Origin: Klebsormidium nitens
Taxonomy: Eukaryota > Plantae > Klebsormidiophyceae
Assembly: GCA_000708835.1 (NCBI GenBank)
Contig: DF237153.1
Coordinates: forward strand, 96,741-146,431
Direction: 5' to 3'
DNA: 49,691 nt
Shown piece after piece: positions 12,301 through 24,300 of this stretch; position 1 is the stretch's first letter; each line of letters starts with the position of its first letter. The notes under the pieces are model-generated. The model had not been told where the DNA came from and searched no databases. It worked only from the letters and a program-made list of their open reading frames with translations. Position numbers and translations under genes: made by a program.

Positions 12301-15300
12301 AGCACGTGTTTGACCACCAAGGGGGGGTACTGTGAGACCGGGGGAAGGCCTGAATCCGTGCCCCCCGCCAAGGCGGATGTCATTTCGGGGGGGAGGGCGG
12401 TTGAGTTGGTTTGAGTCTGGTCCGCCTCCCCCGTCGCGAGCTGGAGGACGTCGTTGCAGAAGCGGGCGAACTTGAGGGACGCCTTGCTCTGCCGTCGCGC
12501 TTCCCGTTCCGCTGTTCCGTTGTCTCCGCTCGACAACGCAGCGAAACTCCCTTTTTTGCCGTCCAGAATCGAGACCGCGTCCGAGTAGCCCCGGAATGCG
12601 GCGCCCAGGTTTCCGACGACCGCTTGCCCCGACGAAAACCCCCNNNNNNNNNNNNNNNNNNNNTCCGCCTCTCCGCTCTCAAAGACGAGATCTTGGCCGC
12701 CAGTCTCAGGAAGTCCCAGTCAAAGCCCTGGTTTGACACGTTCCCTAGGCTTTGCCGTCCTGCGTCGTACTCTTTGAGGTAGTCCTGTGCCACGTCATAC
12801 TCGCCCCGCTTGCGCAGCCCCGCCGCCGCCTGCTTGAAGTAGGAGCTGCTCGAGGCGGCCAGGTCGGCGGCCAGCTTCGTCCCGTCGTAGTTCGCCACGT
12901 GGCCAGCCTGGAGGAGATGACTTATCGGATGAATGCGCTAGGCTTCACCTCAGCTCTGACAGTTTAGTGTTATTGGTTAAAGGTGTCATGTTCAGGACTT
13001 TCACCTCCGAACAGATGTCGTTCGAGCTTCGCCTCAGCTCGTATGGGTCAAAAGTTGTGAAGACAGTCTGACGACAGCTCCTGTCACCGTTGCCATTTTC
13101 GTCACTCATGCAACGATGATCCTCCTTCGATGATTCTCGCGAATTACAGTTCCTGACATTTAAGCTCACAGGACCACACAACATCACCACTGGCCCCTTG
13201 TACCTTTGTCAGGGAGCCCCCTTGTTCCTTGATTCAGAAGGAAAAACTTCAGACTGAACACGTCGAAGTGGCTTCCAAGAACTGTGCAGCACGCTTTCGC
13301 CCCACTTGCCCACAGCAAGTCCGCACAGAGGGTATACGTGGCCTTTTCTTGGTCGAGATTCCGGAGAACGTGGTCGGAGAGAGAAGTCAGAAAGGAGTCA
13401 GAATGTGGGCAGGAATGAAGAGCACAAAAAGCAGGTACAAACAAGTGAGCTGAAATATAGGCAGAAAAGCAGGTAGGTCCAAGAGCCTTGTCCGCGCCGC
13501 CCACCTGCGCCAGCATGCCCATGTGGCCCTTCGCCCTCTCCAAACACAGGGCCCGGTGGCGCACGACGTCATCCCAAACTCCCACCCGGTCGTGCTCCCA
13601 GGACGGCCACCGGTGCTGCCACGTGTCCAAAAGATCGCCCACTTGCCGCAGGGGGTCCTTATTGTCGGGGTTTAGCAGCCCCCCGGGGAGGGAGCGGCCG
13701 CTTGAGGAGGGAAGGGGGCCGGTGCGGGCAGTGACTGCGGCCAGCTGATCGCCGGAGGAGCTGCTGACGAACGAGAGGAATTCGTCGAACTCGACCATGA
13801 TCTGAAGCTGCTCCGCCTGCATTCGATGAGATTACGGTTTCAGTGATCGTATCATTGCCACTAGCGGCTTCAAGCTCGATTTGGAAGACATGGGTTCAAG
13901 ATTCTATTCATTCCATGCTAAACAGAAGCTCTCAACGTTGTCCTTCCAGGAAGGTCCAACTTGTGGGCTCCTTCTCGCCCTACAACCGTTGATCCTGCAA
14001 AAAAGTCTTGAGTGACCTCCGTCGGAAGGCCTTAAGCATCTGTAAATAAGACGGGTCTAGTACAGCTTCTAGGACGGTATAGGTGGCCGACTTCGGGGAG
14101 GATTGTCCTTCTGAGAGCCCACATGTGGAAACCGGTAACTGGCGATCTGCTAGGGGGAGGTTTGGTTTCGCGGAGAGCCCACATGCGAAAGAAAAACGGC
14201 GACGTCACCTGAGCATGCCGGGCCCCCACGGCGAGCGGGTGCAGCGCGCCCCACTTCCGGCGGAAGTTGCGGTAGCAGTTGGAGAGGTGGAAGCGCGCGC
14301 GATCGTACTGCCCCCCGCGAGCGCCATCGCCGTCAGCTGGAGGCCGAAGTCGTCGGTTAGCCGCGCGCGCTTCGCAGGGTCGTCCATCGAGGCCTCGAGG
14401 AACTCCTGGAGCGCCACGTGTTGGGTGGGGACCTGAGGGAATGAAACCAGGGTTTATGGGCTTTAAGGGTCGGGTTTGGAGAAGTCATAAGTAGGGAGTT
14501 TCAAGGTTGAGGGCTTTTGAGGATCAGGTTTGAGAATAACAAGAATTGACAAGACACAGGTTACTTGCGTCCGCTCTCGCAGATAGTGTGGGCACAAGTC
14601 GCACAGATTGTTCGGCTGCAGTCTCATCTTGAAAGCGGCTTGCACGGAAAGCCGCAGATACGGGTCCCACAGGCTGTTGTCGGCCCACAGGCTTCAGCGT
14701 GTCTGCATATGCCCTCAATAATGCGAACAACGTAAGCAAATTACCCAGCGGGCGAGCGGGAATTTTGAGAACGTGGCAGTCTCACCTTGGAAGCGCTGAG
14801 CACAAACAGCCGCAGGTACGGGTCCCGGTTTTCATCCGCCCACAGCTTCTGCGTGTCCGCGTCCATTGGGCGCCCGTGTGCGTCGTACTCGGTCACCTAC
14901 AAGCAGACACAGATTCTGGCTATGCTCAAGATCGCAGCGCTACCGTCCGATGGATTGGAAGAATTTCAGTCCAACACCTTTAGCCTGGAGGTCGCCTATT
15001 CTGACAGCACAGGTTCTGCCACCTCGATGTATACGAACTTGACAATCCTGGCACCAAATGAAACGTCTGAAGCGTTCAATTCTGGACGTCAAACTCTGAA
15101 AGGGAGCGGTGCGATTGTTGGTCGTTTTCAACGCAGCCAATCGGTGCATTCCAGGATGTCAGAAATGTTGACGAGACACAGCTGCAATATCCTTAAGCCG
15201 TCAAACATACTACTGAGAGCTTCATCTTGATCTCGGAGAAAGCCAACTGCATCAAGAATGACCATAGAGGTTGACCTGGAGACGCATCTCCCAGCAAGAT

Positions 15301-18300
15301 AAGGACAGCAGATAAGAAACTGTCGAATCGCCAGAGCCTCCGAAGTTCTGCGGTCCGCTTGCCTGCTCCAGCGACTCGTCCACCAGCTCCTGCCACCGGG
15401 TCAGGCTCTCCAGGCACTCCAGCCGCTGGTTGTAGCACACGTCCGCCTCTAGTTTGCTGTACTCTGGGGAATCTGCAGGCACCGGAGGAGACGTATGTCA
15501 TTATCTTGCGGCAATGGTGAATTTCGACAGGTATTCAAGGAGCTTAGATATTAGTTTGTCCGGGATTTACGTGCTTCCTGGGAGAATTTGTGAAAGACAG
15601 GTACCTCCAAAGTTAAGAGCAATAATGTTCTGATTCTTTGGCAACTGGTTTGGGTCCCTCCGGTGGTGGCTGCAGACATTCGGCCCTGACCCGTCCCGAA
15701 TCTGACCGGGAGACGGAACCCTGGGTTCTTTGGAGCACTTTCGAGATGGAGATTGTAACCTGCCATAAATGAAAGTTCAGCGAACAGGTTATGTAATCGC
15801 TGCGCAAAGAAAGATTCGACGATGGCAAACATACAACAATCGGCCTAGTGCCTGCAGAACGCGGTTGTTTCTCTTATCAACCAAGGACACGTGTCGTCAC
15901 CTTGGTCCATCTCGTCCATCTCGTTGAGCGCCTTGTCGTACCCTTGCCAGGCCCGCGTGTAATCGCCCGCAATCTGCGCTTGCAAGGCCTCCCGCGTCGA
16001 CTCCAACCGCGCGACTTTCTCCTGCAGTGCGGTCGCAGGTTTGGAGTTGCGACCCAAGTGTCGATGACTGTCACTTGGTTGTGTGGGAGTGCAGCTCTAA
16101 AGGTACAGACACTCTGTTGTATCAAGTCCATATGGAATACCATACCAGACAAGGACAATCTGGGATGTTTAAAGTCATGTTGTTCAGAAGATACCGTTGC
16201 TCTGCAGTCATTTCGTATCATCAATCCACGAACACTCTGCCAGCATTGTCTTATCGATGTAATGTTTGTAAGAGCTGGCCCTATGTGAATTTTCCAACCC
16301 GACAGGGGAACGTTTGATCCAGATACTTCTTGAGTCACCTTAGAGCAAGGATAAAGTCCTACAAAAACCAATGAACAAGCATCTGACAGCGAGCAGTGGC
16401 GTGTTCAGCCACTGTCTTTTCGTACTTCAAAGCAAGTGGGATGGGGAAAGTGGTCGGAACCCACAAGGCGCACGTGCTCTAACCGACCAACGTGCACTAG
16501 AATGTCAAGGAACGATTTCATAATCGACAATAAGTAAAAGATCTGAGATTGACCTGCAGGACACCCAACACGATGTCGTCCTCTCCAATCTCCCGATACA
16601 GCCTCGCCAGCTGCAGCCACGTCTCCTGCTCCTCTTCCCCGCCCTCTCCCTGGCCGCCACGTGGCACCGCCTGGCCGCCCCTCCCTTTCTGCCGCTTACT
16701 CCTACTCCCCCTCTCTTCCCCCTCGTCTTGCGACTGGTCAAGCAGCTGATTCTCGAGAACCAAGATTCCAGAATGGTAGTTCATCGACCGGAGGCTAGCG
16801 TCCCCTAGGCTGCGCGCTTCCACGCGCATCTTGGGATCTTCGAGACAGATTGCGTGCAGGCTCGCCACGAAGCTGGTACGCGCGCGCGTGCGTGCGAGCG
16901 CGGCCGCGACCCCCTCGCGCACCGGCCGCCTCACGTCGTTTTCCCCGTCTCTCAACGCGGTGCTCGGCAGAGCGAACGCCCCCCGGAAGAGTCCGGCGGA
17001 CAGCGTCCGCGCGACGAGCGGATCGCGCTCCGCGAGCGCCATCAACGGCTTCAGGACGTCCTCCGTCTTGATCTGGATGTCCGGCAGCTCGCCCGTCCGG
17101 TACGACCGCATCATCGTCACCTTGTGCACGCGCGCGCCCGCCTGCGCGCTCGCGCGCGCCTCACGTCGGCGGCGCGCCCCGAGCACCCCCTGCAAAACCT
17201 GGCTGGTCCGCGGTTTGAGAATCCGTCTCTGCACGTTCGTCTGGGTGTCCCACAGCGCCCCGCCCCTGCGAGCCCCTCCCAAACCCTGGGTTACGCCCTG
17301 GGTCAACCCGACCTGGCTGAAACCCCCCCTAAACCCTCCCGACTGGGTTGCCATCAGCGAGCTGCTGACGAAGTCTCCCTGCGACAAAGACGGGGCAAAC
17401 GTACCCCCCTGGGAGAGGGACTGCGACGGGCCCTGGGTCGCGCGAATCATTCCGGGGGGAAGCGGCTGCTGCTGAGTCCGTCCCCCCGTTTGCGTTTGGC
17501 TGGGCGCTGGGGCCTGGCTGCCGAGTTCTTGGAGCGTGGCAGTTTGGGATTGCGAGAAGAGGGGGGTCATCGGGAGGCTGCGGCCGGTGAAGGCGGTGTC
17601 GATATTGTACTCGGAGAAGTGGCACTCGGCTAAGGGCTGGTCAAAGAGGGGTCGACTATAGTCGGTGGATGCCTCGCACAGCTGCGCACAACCAAAAAAA
17701 AGAGAGCGTGATCATCTGCCTGCTGAGTATCTGCCTGGTCTCGGGTTGACATCTGGATCGGCCCACGTCGGTTAGGGCCAGAAGCGTCAATACGCGCTTA
17801 AGAGATCTGCTTTTGGCTTGCCAAGCATTGGGGAAATTCCTAACGGTAAAACCAACGAACGCAGAAGTATTCTTCTCATTATCGCTCGCCTGTTGTGCAA
17901 CAAACTTGCAGCGTCGTCAAAAGGCTTAGGTGCGGTGGAGCGCATCAGCCAGGCCGAGAAAGAGAAGCATAAGACAATTACTTTGCCGTACAAATTACAA
18001 GTTCCTACAAGCAAGCCATGGTCTAAGCCTAGCGTCTCGCTTCTATCCTGCCCTACGAAGTTCTCTTCCGCCATCACGCAAATCCGCTCAAGTTTGTGGC
18101 GACCACCCGGCGTACGTTGAGCAGCATCTTGTCGCTGTACTGCGCCCACTTGTCCTCCAGCTCCGGCTCGTAAAGCCGCCCGAGCAGCTCCACGAGCCGC
18201 GCCGGCATCTCTTGCGACAGCTGTAGTCCCCAGAAGAATTGCGCCTCTTCCCGCAATTCATCGGCCGGGTCGCACAGCCCGGTCAGCAGGTGCCGCTGCA

Positions 18301-21300
18301 CCTGGGGGTGGTCCGGCATGCCCTTTCCGTCGGGGGCGGGGCGGAAAAGGAACTCCAGGATGCGGTAGAACTCGCGCCTGCGAAGATGGAGTTGGAGAAG
18401 GTGACTCTTCGGTGACTGACATAAAGGACCGCCGCCGTCGTTAAACTGGCCAGAAAACGTCCCTTACTTCCGAGGAAAGTCAGAAGCTGTACTCCAAGGT
18501 CCTATTCTAATCGCGCCTGCACGGATGAGGATACGTCCAGCTGAACCACAAAGATGCCCTTTTCCTTTCTCAGAAAAGCGGACCGTTTTCTTTCTCGGTG
18601 GAGCGGGCCGAGAAAGGTGGTGAGGGTTGCAATCTACACCAACAGAGGTACATTGCATGTAAACACAAAGTGTGGCCGGCGCCGCGTTGTGGCAAGTCTA
18701 GCAGATCCTTATTCGCTCAAGCCCCTTGGATGCAAGCCGTTGGGCCCCTCCAACAAGCGATTACACGTCCTCGGTCGCCGGACAATGCTTACACCGTCTC
18801 CCACGCACCCTTTCACTGTCTCTTTCAACCACATCACATCAGACATCTCAAAGGGACGAACCTCAAGACTGACCCCGTCACACGCGGGAAGCTCCTAAAT
18901 AACGAAACTGACGTCACGTCCCCGGTCTGACCTGCACTCGGGGTTGTCGTGGCGGCTGAACACCGGGCAGAGTATGGGCAGCAGCACGGTCTCGACCCTC
19001 TCCCGGCTGATGCTCGGGAGGATAGCCTCGAGAATCTGCAGCGTCTTGAGCTGCGCCTGTTCATCGCGGTGCTCCAGCAGGCTGCGCAGCGCAGGGGTCA
19101 GGTATTCGAACAGCTCCAGGAGGTTTGCGGCGTAACCCAACAGCATGTTGAGAACCTGGACACAAAGGGAAGGCCACGTTGTTAAGATACCTCTTTCAAG
19201 ATCGAAGGCTAGTTCCTCTATGCACTTGCGGGTCGTTCCCTTTCCCCCGGAGGAGGGTCGCAGCTCGGGGGGTGAGGACTCGAACAACTCGGGGAGGTTC
19301 GCGGCGCATCCCAGCAGCATGTTGAGCACCTGCGGTTTGGATTTAGGGTCTGACGCAGATACAATGACTTATGTATTAAAGTAGGCCTCCAGTGAAGTCA
19401 GATGCTAATCTGTTTGTCCGTTTGCGCGTTGTCCTCTCTTTTCGCCTCGACGGAGGGGTTGAGATGCTGCACAGCGCCAGCACAGGTACTCAGAAGCTTG
19501 AAGAGATTGGCGGCATGACCCAGCGACATGTTGAGGACTTAGGACAGAAACAATGGTACAGTTCACAATGGGCTGTTGTAATCTGGATGCTATGCCCTTT
19601 GCCTACTAGCGTGCTGTATTTTCTAGTCCGAGAGAGGGTGCAGCTGAGAAATGGTGATCCCGGGATTTGATTCTTGGTTCTCGCAACGGCCGAGGCCCAT
19701 TTTTAACAAGTCGCGAGCCCTCGTTCGTCTGCTCCATGCAGACTTGGAAATTACCCCCGGTTTGTATCCTGCCTGCTTTGGTTCGTGAGGGTTTGCCATG
19801 CAGGAGAGGTTCAAAACTCAAACGCGAGGCCTCTAAGCCCACACGTGATTGAAAGCTTGATTCAGATTTACAATCTTGGCTCCTACTACGGGAAGAGAGG
19901 ACGTTGGTCTGCAGACATTTTGCGACAAGGACATCGCATATCCACCGGTTTTTACAAACGACGCGCGTCCCGCAATGGGCTTGCTCCACTCTCGCCCACA
20001 TTCCGTCGGTCACACGACAGCTAAAAATCGAAGTGTTTTGACAAGGTCCAAAGTTTTTCGGACCAACAAGGTCAAGTGCGACCATACCAGGATCTTGAAG
20101 TCCCCGGGCAGCGACATGACGTCCCCGGCCACTTTGCTCGCCCACTTCTCCACGAACTTGGGGAAGCGTCCGCAGATCTTGGCGGCGATGTTGTAGAACG
20201 TGGCTTTCGTGGCGCTGTTCTCTCGGTAGAGGCTCAGCAGGCGTTGGTGGAGGGGCCGCTCCAGCAGGGACTGGTCGCGGTCCGGCGTCTTGTCGCGCTC
20301 AAAAAGGGCGGCGCCGATCACCTCCGCCGCCGCTTCGTACACCTGAGAGAGATGCGAGAGAATCTGGGGAAGAACGGAAGCGAAGGCCACGGAGCGGAAA
20401 AGGAAGTTTCATCACGCGTCCGGTGGAGATAAGTACACTCAGCCAAAGTCTCTGTGTCTAAAGCGTGCAGGACTCAGTAGATTGAAAAGGACCGGTTAGA
20501 GAGGGCTCCACATCTTCGACAACCTTTCAGAGACATGCAGACAAACGAACGTTTCGCCGAGTGGTTGAGAAAAGAAGGAAATGTCCAAGCGGGATGAGCT
20601 TGGAAGAGCTCCAACTGCCTGCACCTGAAGGCCCTCAAGCATTCAAGGGTCAGAATGAGCCACATGTCCTCACCTCCTTGGCCTTGAAGCCCAGGCACTC
20701 CAGCAGCCGACCATACACCTCCTTCTCCGGGATCGCCGCGTCTTCAATCGAGTCATATATCTTCATCCCCACCGCGATCAGCACCCCAAACAGCTGCAAC
20801 CCCGCCGTCTTCTTGACCTTCGCATCGCTCCCGTCAGCCGCTAAGTACCGCAGGATGACGCGCTTGTCCACGCTGACGTCACTCTTCCATTCGGCTAGGA
20901 AGAGCCGGATGACGTCAATGTTGGCGGACAGGACGGCCCGCGTCGGGTGCGCGGACACGCGCATGAGGTGTCCGATGAGGTCCGTGGCCTTGGAAGGGTT
21001 CGGGGGTTTGGCGAGGTCCCATTGCAGGAGGACGATGCACACGTCACGGAGGAAGTAGTGGAAGGAGGCGCCGCCGGATCGGGAGGGGTCGGCCGTGAAG
21101 ATCTGCAGAATGACGGCGCTGGTATCTTTGGTTCCATTTGTATTGATGCATTTAATGGCAGTCACCGGACTCATTTACATAAGCGAATGATGCACCCTGC
21201 CAACACTTGAGCAGGGTTGCTGACAGCCCTACAAGCGGAACCATTTGGTTACATACACTTGACTTTACTGACCATAAAAAAAGAAGTAACTGCTTGTCCG

Positions 21301-24300
21301 TTCCCTTTACGCACTGGTTCGAAGAGACTGGCTGTCGTCCCACACGCCTAGCACGCTATCACAATCTTTTGTCCGACTGACGTCACCGGACGTCGGCGGC
21401 TCACCTCAATGAGCGGCGCGAACCATTCCCGCTTGAACGGCTGGAAGAGCTTCCGCGCGCGCACGATCGCCTTCGCCAACAAGAGCTTCACGTTGATCGG
21501 CGTCGCGGGGCTTGTGAAGCTCTTGTGAATGGCGTCCATCCAGGGGGGCATTTCCGCGGGCTCCGCACCCCCCTGTTTCTGGTGCAGGTGCTCGAGCACC
21601 CTCAGAAGCACAGCCATCACCGGGTTCTGATCGAAGTCATCTTCGTCGAGCGCCGACGTCTCGACGACCGAATCTTCGTCGGCCGGCGCAGCCGGCTCGC
21701 CAAACCCTTCGTAAACCCCGGAGGGCGCGTCGGGAAGCATGCTCGCGCTCAGGTCCGACTGAGTGCCGCCCAACGGCAGACTCCCCCCCTGGCTCCCCGC
21801 CAAAACGGCCCCCCCGTCTGCGCCCAATCTTGCGCCTTGCCCCCCCAGAAAAGTGGAGATTACCCCGCCCCCCTGAGTGGCACTCGTGTTGTTTATGTAC
21901 TGTGACGAAAGAGTGGCGTGCGCTGCCTGGCTGGCCGCTCCGGCTGCCATCCGCCGGGACTCTCTAGCCTTCCGCTCTGCCCGTAGCCCCCGGAGCGTCT
22001 CTCGAGCGGATCCCAGCTCGGCGGTTTCGACGTCGAAGTGGTCGTACACCTTGTCGCAGTCGACGACGTTCGACCAGAGGAAGCCCTCCTTGGCGCCTTC
22101 CTTGAAGAGGAACCGTGGGAAGAAGTTGGGGCCCTGGAAGGAGGACAAGATGACTTTTGGTTGGACTGTCTCGCTTGCAAACATAATTTTGAAATCAACC
22201 TAAGGCTTTTGCTCACTTCAAACTGCTCAGGGCTGCTATTTTACCCTTGTTGATTCCGTTTTGAACCGCCAATCCGGTGAAAAGCTGCTAACTCTGTCGA
22301 AGTAATTTTGAATCAGTTTTGCTCAATATGTGTATCCCGCGTTGCTTTTGACGGGATCAAACAAGAGGTCACAAAGCTTGGGCTGAAGGTCACAAAGCTT
22401 GGGCTGAGGTATAATTACATGAGCTCATCACTTTGTTCTGTGCTCAAAGGTGTCCTTATGCGGACGGTTCAGAGATACGTGCTCAAATTCAAGGTACACG
22501 GCTTCAAACAACTTTTCCTCACAGAGTATCCTCAACTTTCGCAGTGGCAAAGCCTGTCAGGCTGACGAGCAATGGAGGAACACCTGAACAAGCCTGTCCA
22601 CTCGATCAATCTAGCATTCTGCCCGCTCACCTGAGTCTTGATCAACAGCGCCGCCAGGCAGCCGTACGCCGCCTGCTGAATCCCCCGCCACGCCTGCGCG
22701 CTCTCGGGGCTCTGCTCGGCCGCGATCCCCATCACTTTCAGCCGCTCCTTGCCCCGGATGACGTCATCGCACAGCCTGATCATTTCCACGTTCTTCTGCT
22801 TGTCGACGCCGCACTTTTCCCTCAGCTGCTCCGCGCTGAGCCTCAGGTACATGAGCTCGAGCAGGGATAAGATCGCCGTCCTAGTTGTCAGCTCGGTTTG
22901 CTCCGTCTCGGCATCCGTTCTCGTGCGGTACGAGTACTCTTTCCCGAGCGTCCGTTTGAAGTCCTCGAACTTATCCGCGAACCATTCGGACAGGAAGCTT
23001 TCGTCCGCAGCGTAGAGAGCGGGGACTGCAACCATGTCCATAACCGCTTTCTTCAACCGGGGTTGCTTCTCGCCGTCGTGCAGAAGAGTCAGCGACAGCT
23101 CCAGTAACGGCTTGGGGTCCTTCCGGGCGGTTTCCCCGGCAAAGTCCCCTAGAGCTTCCTCGATCCGACGGGAGCGGAGGGTATTCCCCTGGAACTGCAA
23201 CACTGGGAAGAGCTCCTCTAAAAGTCCAAGGCTCAGACTCGCCACCAAAGCGCGCAGCAAACCCTCTAGGAGTCGCACGTAGTTGTTGAACTGCGGCGAG
23301 CCCTGCGGGAGGTCTCTCGACTGGATGAGCAGGTGTTCGGCGACCAAACGCCGGACGGAGTCCAGCACGCGTCGCCTCGTTTCTCCGTCAACGCCCGGCC
23401 CCAGGAAGAACGGCAGAAGCCCCAGCGCTTCTCGTTTCAGCGAAACCCGCAAACCCCGCTCGCTCTCGTTTTCACCCGGCGCGGCCGGCTGCGAGAGAAA
23501 CGCCTCGTACGCCGGGACGACCACCCGCGCGGCCGGCTGCGCGAGCGCGCGCGGGGGATCCCCCCCGTCCACCACCAGAAGTTTCCCGACGATCGCGAGA
23601 AACGCGCGCTTCTCTTCGAGAGAAGCTTCCGGTTCCGTCCACCGCTGCAAGTACCGCAGGTTGGCTGCCATCTGATCGACCACGCTCGCGCGGCTGAGCT
23701 TGTCCTCCCCCGCCAGGTAGTGAGACAGGATCGCGCCCAGCAGCGCGCGCATCGTTCCGTTCCGGGGGGTCTGTGAGAAGATCCGCTCGAGCGCCGCCCG
23801 CGGCTGGAAGACGCACCGCCGGACGATGACGTCAGAAAAGTTGGACAGGAACAGCGCGCCGGTCGTTACCCTACGGACCATCCCCGGGGGGGTGTCGCCC
23901 TGGGCTTCCGGGACCCCCCCGCCGCTGACCACCTCGGACTCGTCCGAAACGAGGTCCAGAAGACGTCCGACGCTGAGGCCTAGTGCGGTGGCGAGCTCGA
24001 GCATCGCAGTTGCGACCGGCCGAAGGGGAGGGGGGCACTCGCGCTTGAGGTTGAAGACGGCGGTTGCCAGCTTTTCTGCTAGCTCGCCGAGGCGCTTGGG
24101 GGGCAGGATGGAGGTCAGAGCGCCTGCGGAGGATGAGAATTGCCTTTTTTCATTAATGAGCTCTTTGATGCTGTCAGCCAGCTGTCCATGAACTTGGTCA
24201 AGATACTCGCTGTGCTCAAAATAGCCTTAAGGATTGTTGTTGGGTGCAGGCATGTTGGGGGACTTCTTGAATCCCTGAGCTAGAAAAGCCGTGCAAAGTA

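Noticed and set aside
14209-14432. PRKDC as a pseudogene
   Set aside because: The only lesions sit in a homopolymer and at an N gap. All other exons are open, with conserved splice sites and catalytic residues.
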